IMG/VR virus record: IMGVR_UViG_3300045988_174992
Length of the DNA: 64,000 nucleotides
Direction: 5' to 3' (one strand)
DNA from: a virus
Program-made: the position numbers and the translations under genes
The notes under the pieces: generated by a model
Databases searched by the model: none
What the model was told of the DNA's origin: nothing
Seen by the model: only the letters and a program-made list of their open reading frames with translations
In this document: piece by piece, positions 9,114-18,712 of the stretch
Numbering within the stretch: position 1 is the stretch's first letter
Layout: each line of letters opens with the position of its first letter

Positions 9114-10871
9114 ATGGCAATTTCAGAATATAATAAAGTAAGTTTCATTACTTCATCATCAACCAAAATACCTAAGATGCTAAACAGAACTGGTTCACTC
9201 ATAGTTCTGTCTAGTATCTTATCTAACAATCATAAGAGAACTTCTCTTTGGTTGAGAGGTAACTTGATTGCTAGTGGATGGGGATTAGAAAAAGAAGAAA
9301 ATATGAATAATGCTGAATGGATTGCAATGTCATACAATCCAATATTCAGTCAAACATTTGGAATGTCTTACTTTTCACCTGAAGAAGACGTAGTAGAAAC
9401 TATAGATAATCCAAGATCTATAGAAATGTGGTTGAAACATAATCACAACTATACAGATACTTGTTACAATAATCTCTATACTTATGCATCTGATCAATTT
9501 ACTAAGATAAACAAAGATATAAATGGTATAAAAAATGATATTGGAAATATTGATATAAAACTCAATAAATACAAAGATGAAACTTATACTTATGTAGCAA
9601 CTGCTAAAGAAAATTGCTATACATATACAAAATATTGGGTAGACAGAATTATAGGAGGTGCACCAGATTTCTTAGATTCTTTAGATGAAATAAAGAATTT
9701 CTTGAAGAATGATAGAGAAAATCACATGGCAACTCTTGCTAAGATTCAGAATATTGATAAATATTCTGTTAAGAGAGAAGATGAAATAAGTTCTGATGGA
9801 AAGCTATATACTTACATATCCACAAAATCCACTTATGAATATGTTGACAAGAATATAACGTATGAAGGTACTTATGAATATATAACTTATGATAGTGATG
9901 GAAATCCAATAAAGAATACAGGTACTTATACTTATTATGGAACCTCTGTTTATGAAGGTGGACAGATATCTTTGAATTCTTTCCAAGTATGCACTGGAGA
10001 AAAATGGAAAAATACTCCGTTGGATAGGCTTTTGAATTTATTAGTAGAACCATATCCTTATAAGAAACCTGTATTGAATAATGTAGTTATAAATGATGTT
10101 TCATTAGAAAATTGGTCTAATGAAGTAATTGAATATAATTCAAAAGTGAATTTAGATACAATTAAACTAGATATATCATTAAATGATGCTTCTTCCACTA
10201 CATTAACATTTGAAAATTCCATATTGAAGAATACAGCTTCTTTAAGAAATGGATTAAACAATGTAACCGGATTGTTGAATTCAATATCTACTATATCAAA
10301 GAACCCTACCACTAAAGCAGAAGCATTAAATTTGATAAATAAGGAGTATACATTGAATGCTAACATGAAATATCAGTTCAACCATGGTAAAGCTAATGTA
10401 AACTTATATCCACAACTAAAATCTTTGAATATAGAAGATACAGATCATGCATTTGCTGAAGGTCTTACAGAGAAAACATATTTCCCAAAAATCAATAAGA
10501 AATTTTCATTTAAGGTTTTCTGGGGTATAACTGATCAAAGTGCTCCTACAACAGCAAATGGACTTAGTGGACAATCAAGCAAATTGATTGATTCAAAAGA
10601 ATCTACCGGACAACTTAAAATAACCAACTTATCAGGACAATATATAATTTGGATTGCTTTACCTGCCCCATTATTTGACAATTCTAAGGTAATAATGAAA
10701 TCATGGAATTCAGGAATTGAAAACGATATAACAGAGATAAATTCAGTAATGTTGAAAAAGCATATTTCTGATAAGTACGTCTATAATGGAACAGAATACA
10801 AAACATTCTATTTAGAAAATATTGAATACACAATGTTTGCAGATACCATGACTTTAGAAGTCAATTTTTAA
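9114..10871 (+). CDS. virion structural protein (585 aa), function unknown
   Basis: ORF track; synteny directly upstream of the fibre genes. Confidence 0.6.
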   Translation: MAISEYNKVSFITSSSTKIPKMLNRTGSLIVLSSILSNNHKRTSLWLRGNLIASGWGLEKEENMNNAEWIAMSYNPIFSQTFGMSYFSPEEDVVETIDNPRSIEMWLKHNHNYTDTCYNNLYTYASDQFTKINKDINGIKNDIGNIDIKLNKYKDETYTYVATAKENCYTYTKYWVDRIIGGAPDFLDSLDEIKNFLKNDRENHMATLAKIQNIDKYSVKREDEISSDGKLYTYISTKSTYEYVDKNITYEGTYEYITYDSDGNPIKNTGTYTYYGTSVYEGGQISLNSFQVCTGEKWKNTPLDRLLNLLVEPYPYKKPVLNNVVINDVSLENWSNEVIEYNSKVNLDTIKLDISLNDASSTTLTFENSILKNTASLRNGLNNVTGLLNSISTISKNPTTKAEALNLINKEYTLNANMKYQFNHGKANVNLYPQLKSLNIEDTDHAFAEGLTEKTYFPKINKKFSFKVFWGITDQSAPTTANGLSGQSSKLIDSKESTGQLKITNLSGQYIIWIALPAPLFDNSKVIMKSWNSGIENDITEINSVMLKKHISDKYVYNGTEYKTFYLENIEYTMFADTMTLEVNF

Positions 10872-10901
10872 CTAAATCGAATATATTAAATAGCCAACAA
10901 A

Positions 10902-13900
10902 ATGGGTAATAAAATTCCATCTAGAGTATATGATACAAAAGGAAGAGTTGTAGATGTTGCATTCTCAATGAGAAGAAACACCAAGCAACCATTGGATGAA
11001 TCTTCTCTTCCTTTAAGTTATGATTCTTTAAAAGAAGAGATGAGGACTGGTACTTCATCTATATATAAGGGTCAAATTGTTGTAACTCAAGGACCTGAAA
11101 CAATACCAGAAGGAGAAAACCAATCATATTATTATACTCCTTTCCTAATAAAGAATGAAGGTAATAGTGATGTTTCTTATTATGCTGATAGAATCATGAC
11201 TGCTACTTATACTAATACGTTCTTAAATGGAGAATTTGTAAAGAAAAAGCAGTTAGGTACTTCATATACTGGTGTTGGTAAATGGCCAGATGCAACAGAA
11301 GATAGAGGTTCATTAGCTTACAATGAAATATTCAATGACTATAGTACTTATAGGATTACAAATAACCTTAAAGGTGAAACACCAATAATGTCTCATGTTG
11401 AAGGTAAGTCGAATACTTTAGCAGGATCTTTTACCCATATAGAAGGATATAACAATACTGGTGGTAGTGATTTTAGTCATGTAGAAGGAGCAAACAATAA
11501 TTCTTCTAACAATGCTTCTTATTCACATGTAGAAGGTGAATCAAATTCTGCAATAAATTCAAGCTATTCACATGTTGAAGGTCATTCAAACCAGGCAATA
11601 TCTGCAGCGGCTTCCCATGCTGGTGGTAGTAATTCTAAAGCACTTGGAAACAATGCATTTGTACATGGTACTAACTCTGTTGCTTTTGAAAATGCTATAG
11701 CTATAGGAAAATCAACTTATGCTAAAGCAGGATTTGCTACTGGTATTAATACATCATCTTATGGTATTGGTGCATTTGCAACTGGCAATAAGACAATAGC
11801 TAATGCTAATTATTCTGTTGCTGAAGGTGAAGGTTCTATATCTAATGGCCAAGGTTCTCATGCTGAAGGTAAAGAATCTAAAGCTTATGGTAAATATTCG
11901 CATGCTGAAGGATTTTCTGTTACTGGTTCATCTACAAATACAGATTTAGGATCCTATTCTCATGCAGAAAATAAGTCAACAGTATTAGGTACATATTCTC
12001 ATGCAGAAAACAATGCACAAATAACAGAAACCGCTAACTATGCTCATGCCGAAGGTAGTGGTAAAGCAATTGGTTCATTCTCTCATGTAGAAGGAACAAA
12101 CACTGTTACAACAGGTACTGGTGGCCACGCTGAAGGTATTGAAACCAATGCTTATGAATATAGTCATGCTGAAGGCAATTTCTCTTATGCAAAAGGTACT
12201 TATGCTCATGCTGAAGGTAATAGAACAATGTCAGCTGGAACAAGTACACATGCAGAAGGTACTTATACATCAGCTTATTCAATAGCTTCACATGCTGAAG
12301 GTGGATATGGCATGGCTAATTCAAATTATAGTCATGTTGAAGGTTATAAAACTTATGTTACTTCAAATGCTATAGGTGGACATGCCGAAGGTAATGGATC
12401 ATATACAACAGCAGAATATGCTCATGCTGAAGGTGTTGGTACTTATGCTTCTGGATCCGGATCACATGCTGAAGGTATAAGTACTCAATCTATAGGTCAA
12501 TCATCACATGCTGAAGGTAACACCACTATAGCAGAATCTACTTCAGCACATGCAGAAGGTGAGCGTACTAAAGCTATAGGGCAATCATCCCATGCTGAAG
12601 GTGTTTCATCTAATGCTGGTGGAATTGGATCACATGCTGAAGGTAATGGTACTTATGCTAATGGAGTATCATCACATTCACAAGGTGTATCAACTTATGC
12701 CAATGGAGAAGGATCATTTGCTAGTGGAAATAAGACAACAGCGCAATCTAATTTCTCTTCTTCATTTGGTGTATCAACTTATGCAAACGGAATTGGCTCT
12801 GTATCAGAAGGAAACAATACATCATCTTATGGAGAATTCTCACATTCATCTGGTGTTGGTACTATAGCAAGGGGATCTTACTCTTCTACTGATGGTTTCT
12901 ATACAGTATCTAAGAATAAGACAGAAGTTGGACATGGTACATATAATAGATCATATTATTCTGCTAATGGTTTCTTAGTAGAAAACAATGATACTAATAA
13001 GATTCCTAATGAATTTGCTCGTGTAAATAACAAATACTTACCAGGTAGATATCCTAATGGAATAGATGGTACTAATAATACAACATCTGTTGGTTTTTAT
13101 GAATCCAGTTATGAAACTATTTTCAGTATTGGAAATGGTGGAACTAGTGATACAACAAAAGGCCCTAGTGCTTTATATAAAAAGAAAATAGGTGAAACTA
13201 CTGAAAAGGAACCTATTTATAGTTATGCTGGTAATTATGTAAAAGAAAATTCACGCCATAACATTATGGATATTAGAAAGAATGGTCAGATGTATTATGA
13301 TGGAGGTATGATAATAGGTGGTGAAGTTGTTGCTCCAACATCATATAGCTATGTAAATTCATTAGGTCCAACTGCATATCTGACTACGGTTATGAGAGCT
13401 TTACTTGTACAACCTAAATATTACAGACCTAGTTTACAATATGCTATTTGGTATACTGGAAATAGGATTGCGAACGCAGTTACTTCTAGTGATAGTGTTG
13501 GATGGTCATATTTCCAAAATAGCCAGAATTCTGATGGTATTTGTGAAGTAGGTGCTACAACTAGTTTTGATATACAGTTTAGAGCATTTAATGTAGGTGT
13601 TGATAAACCACAAAACATAGACCCTATATATGGTACTTCATTAGGAAACATGTTGGGTTATTCTACTGGTATAAGGGAAATAACTTATTTTAAATTACCA
13701 GATGGGTCTAATATATCAGCACAAAAATTTGATAAAGTAATACATGATAAAGAATTGCTTGCTGGTATGAAAAGTGATACAGCTTATTATTGGCCTAAGA
13801 GATTAGTGGCAAACAATGAAGATGTTACAGATCCTAATTATATATATTTGAATGATACTGGAGCAAAAGACCCTTACCATAAATTCAATTGGGCACCTCC

Positions 13901-14780
13901 TTATGATTATGCTAATTCATATAATTTAGCTTATTATAGTTCATACTGTAATGCTGTGGATAATAGAGGTGCTTTTGGTGAAACCGGTAAAACAAATTAT
14001 AACATAGGATTATATTCAACAAGAAGTACAATCTCTAGTTCTATCAAGCTTGATAGGGAAGGTAAATTTACTGTTTGGACAGCATATTCATATATATTTA
14101 ATCCGGCAACCCAAATGTATTTTCAACAACTTATGGAAAAAGCAACATATATACCTGATGATGGTGCCGCACCTTATGATAAATTTACTGAATTACCTTC
14201 ATATTCATCTGCATCTTTTACTTTGACGGCAAGATATAGAATATATTATGGTACTACAAATGATGTTCCTTATATAATGGAAAACGGTGTTCGTAAACCT
14301 AATCCATTATGGAAAAAATGGACACAAAATGAATTATTAGGTAAGAAGAATGCTGCTGTTGGAAGATCTAATGGTGATATAGACCATGGCCATTTATATG
14401 GTAATTTACAAGCAGCTTCTGGACAAACACAACAATCTAATGCATCAATAAGTAGATCTGTTAAAACTTGTTGGTTTGCATATCCAACCAATATATACAG
14501 TCTTTACAAACATAATAGTAGCGCTGTACCTAATGGATTCTATATGTATTACAAAAACCAGATGAATGTTGAATCTGCTCTTGATACTGGTGTTAGAACT
14601 CCAGCATCTGATAATGATAATGGGGATGCATTAAGCACAACAAATACTGGACGTGAAAAGTATGAGTTTACTACAGATAATCCAATTAATCCTAGTGGAT
14701 TGAGATATCACATAGTTGCAGTATGTGCACCAGGTGATATTACTAAAGGTACTTGGGGATTCGCATTTAAACGAAAATAA
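10902..14780 (+). CDS. tail fibre / adhesin 1 with YadA-head-like SH(A/V)EG repeats (1292 aa)
   Basis: About 30 degenerate 14-aa units of form (S/T)H(A/V)EGxxxxAxGxx between roughly 11392 and 12850. The N-terminal module (YYADRI...LGTSYTGVGKW) is shared with the next gene. Confidence 0.8.
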   Translation: MGNKIPSRVYDTKGRVVDVAFSMRRNTKQPLDESSLPLSYDSLKEEMRTGTSSIYKGQIVVTQGPETIPEGENQSYYYTPFLIKNEGNSDVSYYADRIMTATYTNTFLNGEFVKKKQLGTSYTGVGKWPDATEDRGSLAYNEIFNDYSTYRITNNLKGETPIMSHVEGKSNTLAGSFTHIEGYNNTGGSDFSHVEGANNNSSNNASYSHVEGESNSAINSSYSHVEGHSNQAISAAASHAGGSNSKALGNNAFVHGTNSVAFENAIAIGKSTYAKAGFATGINTSSYGIGAFATGNKTIANANYSVAEGEGSISNGQGSHAEGKESKAYGKYSHAEGFSVTGSSTNTDLGSYSHAENKSTVLGTYSHAENNAQITETANYAHAEGSGKAIGSFSHVEGTNTVTTGTGGHAEGIETNAYEYSHAEGNFSYAKGTYAHAEGNRTMSAGTSTHAEGTYTSAYSIASHAEGGYGMANSNYSHVEGYKTYVTSNAIGGHAEGNGSYTTAEYAHAEGVGTYASGSGSHAEGISTQSIGQSSHAEGNTTIAESTSAHAEGERTKAIGQSSHAEGVSSNAGGIGSHAEGNGTYANGVSSHSQGVSTYANGEGSFASGNKTTAQSNFSSSFGVSTYANGIGSVSEGNNTSSYGEFSHSSGVGTIARGSYSSTDGFYTVSKNKTEVGHGTYNRSYYSANGFLVENNDTNKIPNEFARVNNKYLPGRYPNGIDGTNNTTSVGFYESSYETIFSIGNGGTSDTTKGPSALYKKKIGETTEKEPIYSYAGNYVKENSRHNIMDIRKNGQMYYDGGMIIGGEVVAPTSYSYVNSLGPTAYLTTVMRALLVQPKYYRPSLQYAIWYTGNRIANAVTSSDSVGWSYFQNSQNSDGICEVGATTSFDIQFRAFNVGVDKPQNIDPIYGTSLGNMLGYSTGIREITYFKLPDGSNISAQKFDKVIHDKELLAGMKSDTAYYWPKRLVANNEDVTDPNYIYLNDTGAKDPYHKFNWAPPYDYANSYNLAYYSSYCNAVDNRGAFGETGKTNYNIGLYSTRSTISSSIKLDREGKFTVWTAYSYIFNPATQMYFQQLMEKATYIPDDGAAPYDKFTELPSYSSASFTLTARYRIYYGTTNDVPYIMENGVRKPNPLWKKWTQNELLGKKNAAVGRSNGDIDHGHLYGNLQAASGQTQQSNASISRSVKTCWFAYPTNIYSLYKHNSSAVPNGFYMYYKNQMNVESALDTGVRTPASDNDNGDALSTTNTGREKYEFTTDNPINPSGLRYHIVAVCAPGDITKGTWGFAFKRK

Positions 14781-14787
14781 ATATTGA

Positions 14788-14816
14788 AAGGAGGAACTTA
14801 AGTTCCTTCTTTTTTA
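14788..14816 (+). terminator. intrinsic terminator
   Basis: Hairpin GAGGAACTT/AAGTTCCTT followed by TTTTTT. Confidence 0.7.
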
Positions 14817-14866
14817 TTGATAATATTTTTATATAATACAAAAGAACATTTCTAATATAAGATATT

Positions 14867-17800
14867 ATGGCAGTAAAACCAATAGGAACAACCGCACTTA
14901 CATGGGGTAGCTTGCTAGGTAGAGGTAACCGAGAACCAATTGATGCAACTCAATTGAATTATTCTTATACTGATCTCCTCTGGGAATTGAATCAAAGAAC
15001 AGTATCATATCAAATTGGTACAAATAATGGTGGATCAGGTAACTATTATGTTGGATTAATTACAGCGGTACCTTATGTAAATGAAGATGATAAAAGAAAA
15101 GATAGTCATTATACAGTAGATGCTAATGGTAATAAGAAATTAGAAACTATAAATATGAAAGGTCCTTGGTATGTATCTTATAAAGGTACAGACAAAGGAA
15201 GAGGTACTGCGAAAAATAAATATGGTTTTGTTCCTGATGGTAATCCTAATACATATTATGCAGATAGAATAGTACTTAAGCAAGAGATGGACTATACTCT
15301 TGATAATGGTTTTGTTCGTAAAACACAGCTTGGTACTTATTATACAGGTGTTGGTCATTGGTATGACAGCTATACTAAATCAAAAACTTATGCAAATGGT
15401 TTAGAATGTCCTGATGGTGTTTATTTTCCTACTACTTCTTATGCTGAAATATTCAATAACTATACATATAATGTAGCTACTGGTATATTTTCTCATGCCG
15501 AAGGTGGAAGTACTACGGCAAGTGGACATTCTTCACATGCTGAAGGTGGGGGTACTACGGCAAGTGGACATTCTTCACATGCTGAAGGAAACAATACTAC
15601 ATCAAGTGGAGGTAGTTCTCATGCTGAAGGAAAAAATACTAAGGCAAGTGGAAATGAATCTCATGCTGAAGGAGAAAACACCACAGCAAGTGGAGGTGGT
15701 TCTCATGCTGAAGGTATAAGTACTCAATCTATAGGTCAATCATCACATGCTGAAGGTACTTTATCTTATGCTGGTGGAAATGAATCTCATGCTGAAGGTA
15801 ATAATACTAAAGCTAATGGAGATAGTTCCCATGCTGAAGGTGGAAGTACTACAGCAAGTGCACATTATTCACATGCAGAAGGTTATAGTACTACAGCAAG
15901 TGGAGATTTTTCTCATGCCGAAGGTGGAGATACTACGGCAAGCGGAGATCATTCACATGCAGAAGGTTACTATACTAAAGCAAGTGGAAGTTGTTCTCAT
16001 GCTGAAGGTACTGGTACTACGGCAAGCGGAGATTATTCACATGCTGAAGGTCACTATGCTAAAGCAAGCGGAGATTATTCACATGCTGAAGGTCACTATG
16101 CTGAAGCAAGCGAAGATTATTCACATGCTGAAGGTGGAAGTACTACGGCAAGTGGATATTATTCACATGCTGAAGGTATTGGTACTACAGCAAGTGGATA
16201 TTATTCACATGCTGAAGGTTCTGGTACTACAGCAAGTGGATATTATTCACATGCTGAAGGTGATAGTACCAAGGCTACTGGATTTAGATCTCATGCTGAA
16301 GGTACTGGTACTACGGCAAGCGGAGATCATTCACATGCAGAAGGTGCTCTTACTACAGCAAGTGCACATTATTCACATGCTGAAGGTTATTCTACTTATG
16401 TACATAGTACTGCTGAAAACTCTCATGCTGAAGGTTTTGGATCTTACACTAACGGATTAAATGCACATGCAGAAAACAGTTCTTATGCAAATGGAAAGAA
16501 TTCACATTCTGGAGGTGAAGCAACTGCTGATGGGGTCAATTCATTTGCTCATGGTGTAAAAGGAACATTAGCTTCTGGGGTGAATAGTATAGCTTTAGTT
16601 TCTGGAACTGCATCAGGATCTAATTCTATTGCTTTTACCGGTACTGCTTCTGGTAATAGTTCTATATCTTTAGATGGTACAGCTTCTGGATCTAATTCTG
16701 TTTCTATACAAGGTACAGCTAAATCAACAGATAGTGTTGCTATTGGACAAGGTGCTATAGCAGAAACAGGCCAAGGTGCTATGGCTTTAATAAAAGGACA
16801 TGCTACTGGACAACAATCATTAGCTACTAATACAAGTTCTGCTTCAGGAACAAATTCCGTAGCTATGAATGTAAGTTCTGCTTCTAATACCCAATCATTT
16901 GCTGTAAATAATAGTACTGCTTCAGGTATAAATTCTGCATCAACCAATAAAGGTAATGCTTCTGGTGAAAATTCTATTTCTACCAATATAAGTACTGCAA
17001 CTGGAGTTAATTCTGCTGCTTTAAATAATGGTAATGCTTCTGGTGAGGGATCTGTTGCTATGAACTATAGTCAAGCTACTGGTAAAGGTAGTGTTGCTAT
17101 TGGTTTAAATACTATTGCATCTGGTGAATATTCACTTTCTCATGGTCATGAAACAAGAATTTCAGGAAATTATAGTGTAGGTTTAGGACAAGGAATAAAA
17201 GTTTCATCAAACACAAATGTTAGCACTGGTAAGTTTAATAAAGATGAAGCAAGCTACTTTGCTGTTGGTATTGGTATTTCTGATACAAATAGAAAGAATG
17301 CATTTTGGATTAGCCAGGGTACAACAGCTGGTACTAATGGGGTAAGTTATTTCAGTAACAATACTTATGTATATGGCAATACTTATGATCCAAGTCAATA
17401 TCCAAATAATAAAGAAGATAAGTCATGGTCAGTTGCAGTAACATATAATATGTACAGAAATAGCTATACTTATTTGTATAATACAATAGATGATAAATTT
17501 GCCACTTTTGGTACCGGAACATATTTTACTCATTCAATTGATGGATTGACTTATACTCCTACTACTAATGTATTCCATTGGAAAACACAAATATTTGATA
17601 AAGATAATAATATCTGGCCTAAACAATCATATTCTTTTACATTTACCCAAGCAAACCATACCAATGCAGGTGTAATGTCTGCTGAAGATAAGAGAAGATT
17701 AGATAGTATAAAGGGATTTACTTATGATAATGGTAATACCCATGAATACAATTTTAATGAAAATCATACAAAGGGTGATAATTTACATAGTTTCCATATA

Positions 17801-18160
17801 AATACAGATGGTACTATTGGATATACAGGATGGACACAAGGATTTAAATATACAAATAATGAAAGTACTGTAACATTATCATATACACATTATACAGGAA
17901 ATGATAGCAGTATAAATATACCAGTATTGAATGATGGTAATACTATTAACCAAGGATCTGCTAATGCTTCTAAGGCTGGTATAGTTACAGCAGATCAATA
18001 TAATAAGATTGTTTCTAGATTGACTTACCTTGAAAAATGGTGTATGTGGCAATCTGGATTACCTAACAACAAGTCTACTTATATTTGGTCAGGTACATTA
18101 GCACAATTTAATTCATTGACATCCAAACCAGAAAATACAACATTTATCATATCAAATTAA
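14867..18160 (+). CDS. tail fibre / adhesin 2 with SHAEG 14-aa repeat array and Hep_Hag-like NSVA(I/M) repeats (1097 aa)
   Basis: 21 consecutive exact-length 14-aa units SHAEGxxTxASGxx are followed by (G/N)SxSxxxxASG repeats. The C-terminus carries the motif YIWSGTLAQFNSL...NTTFIISN. Confidence 0.8.
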   Translation: MAVKPIGTTALTWGSLLGRGNREPIDATQLNYSYTDLLWELNQRTVSYQIGTNNGGSGNYYVGLITAVPYVNEDDKRKDSHYTVDANGNKKLETINMKGPWYVSYKGTDKGRGTAKNKYGFVPDGNPNTYYADRIVLKQEMDYTLDNGFVRKTQLGTYYTGVGHWYDSYTKSKTYANGLECPDGVYFPTTSYAEIFNNYTYNVATGIFSHAEGGSTTASGHSSHAEGGGTTASGHSSHAEGNNTTSSGGSSHAEGKNTKASGNESHAEGENTTASGGGSHAEGISTQSIGQSSHAEGTLSYAGGNESHAEGNNTKANGDSSHAEGGSTTASAHYSHAEGYSTTASGDFSHAEGGDTTASGDHSHAEGYYTKASGSCSHAEGTGTTASGDYSHAEGHYAKASGDYSHAEGHYAEASEDYSHAEGGSTTASGYYSHAEGIGTTASGYYSHAEGSGTTASGYYSHAEGDSTKATGFRSHAEGTGTTASGDHSHAEGALTTASAHYSHAEGYSTYVHSTAENSHAEGFGSYTNGLNAHAENSSYANGKNSHSGGEATADGVNSFAHGVKGTLASGVNSIALVSGTASGSNSIAFTGTASGNSSISLDGTASGSNSVSIQGTAKSTDSVAIGQGAIAETGQGAMALIKGHATGQQSLATNTSSASGTNSVAMNVSSASNTQSFAVNNSTASGINSASTNKGNASGENSISTNISTATGVNSAALNNGNASGEGSVAMNYSQATGKGSVAIGLNTIASGEYSLSHGHETRISGNYSVGLGQGIKVSSNTNVSTGKFNKDEASYFAVGIGISDTNRKNAFWISQGTTAGTNGVSYFSNNTYVYGNTYDPSQYPNNKEDKSWSVAVTYNMYRNSYTYLYNTIDDKFATFGTGTYFTHSIDGLTYTPTTNVFHWKTQIFDKDNNIWPKQSYSFTFTQANHTNAGVMSAEDKRRLDSIKGFTYDNGNTHEYNFNENHTKGDNLHSFHINTDGTIGYTGWTQGFKYTNNESTVTLSYTHYTGNDSSINIPVLNDGNTINQGSANASKAGIVTADQYNKIVSRLTYLEKWCMWQSGLPNNKSTYIWSGTLAQFNSLTSKPENTTFIISN
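15491..16462 (+). repeat. in-frame 42-nt tandem repeat array (about 23 units) inside fibre gene 2
   Basis: The unit tc(a/t)catgc(t/c/a)gaaggt + 27 nt runs as 21 exact 42-nt units over 15491..16372. Some neighbouring units are nearly identical, e.g. three GYYSHAEG units at about 16150-16260. Confidence 0.9.
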
Positions 18161-18168
18161 TATACCAA

Positions 18169-18197
18169 AGAGGAATTCAACAGAATTCCTCTTTTTA
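18169..18197 (+). terminator. intrinsic terminator
   Basis: AGAGGAATTC-aaca-GAATTCCTCT followed by TTTTTATTTTT. Confidence 0.75.
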
Positions 18198-18228
18198 TTT
18201 TTGTATAAGGAGATATTGAATTTAACGC

Positions 18229-18708
18229 ATGCCACTTAATTACGGATTAATAACAAAGAAACCTGAATTGGAATATAAATTTTCTGATGGTACAACAGAA
18301 ACTGTAAAAGATTTGTTAGTAAAAACATTTGACAATACAGTTGATTTTTCAAATGCTTATACTATAGTTGAAGTAACAAAAGAGTATATTGCTAGACCAG
18401 ACTTAGTGTCATTTGTTCTTTATCACACAGATGAATATGCCGATATATTATGTAAGATAAATGGAATATCAAATCCTTTTGAATTAACAGAAGGAAACAT
18501 ATTGATATGCCCAAGAGAAGAATTCATAAACAGGTTTTCAAAAGCTGTAAGTGACAATATGGATGGGCTAGCTTCTACATCCTCATCTTTACTTACTAGA
18601 AAACAATCATTCAAAAAGAATAAGGATGAAAAACGATCACCAAATGAAGCAACAGTATTTGACCATAATTATGTACAAGTTGGTGATACAAATTTATTGA
18701 TTTATTAA
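18229..18708 (+). CDS. LysM-like domain baseplate protein (P2 gpX / T4 gp53 class)
   Basis: YTIVEVTKEYIARPDLVSFVLYHTDEYADILCKINGISNPFELTEGNILICP fits the LysM-like pattern (v..GdtL..ia....g......i...N.i.....l..G..l.iP). Confidence 0.55.
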   Translation: MPLNYGLITKKPELEYKFSDGTTETVKDLLVKTFDNTVDFSNAYTIVEVTKEYIARPDLVSFVLYHTDEYADILCKINGISNPFELTEGNILICPREEFINRFSKAVSDNMDGLASTSSSLLTRKQSFKKNKDEKRSPNEATVFDHNYVQVGDTNLLIY

Positions 18709-18712
18709 TTTT

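Noticed and set aside
15491-16462. CRISPR array
   Set aside because: The repeats are 42-nt contiguous units with no unique spacers, and they are in frame inside a long ORF. No cas genes are present. I saw no other repeat-spacer architecture in the window.
15495-16986. ORFs 15495..15719, 15747..16460 (MLKV... repeats) and the antisense ORF 16549..16986
   Set aside because: These are alternative-frame or antisense readings of the 42-nt repeat array. The periodicity keeps wrong frames open. The SHAEG frame is continuous with the rest of the 1097-aa gene.
10902-18160. Diversity-generating retroelement acting on the fibre genes
   Set aside because: There is no reverse transcriptase ORF (no YxDD-type motif seen) and no template/variable repeat pair with adenine-specific differences. 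The similarity between the fibre genes is ordinary paralogy plus one identical patch.
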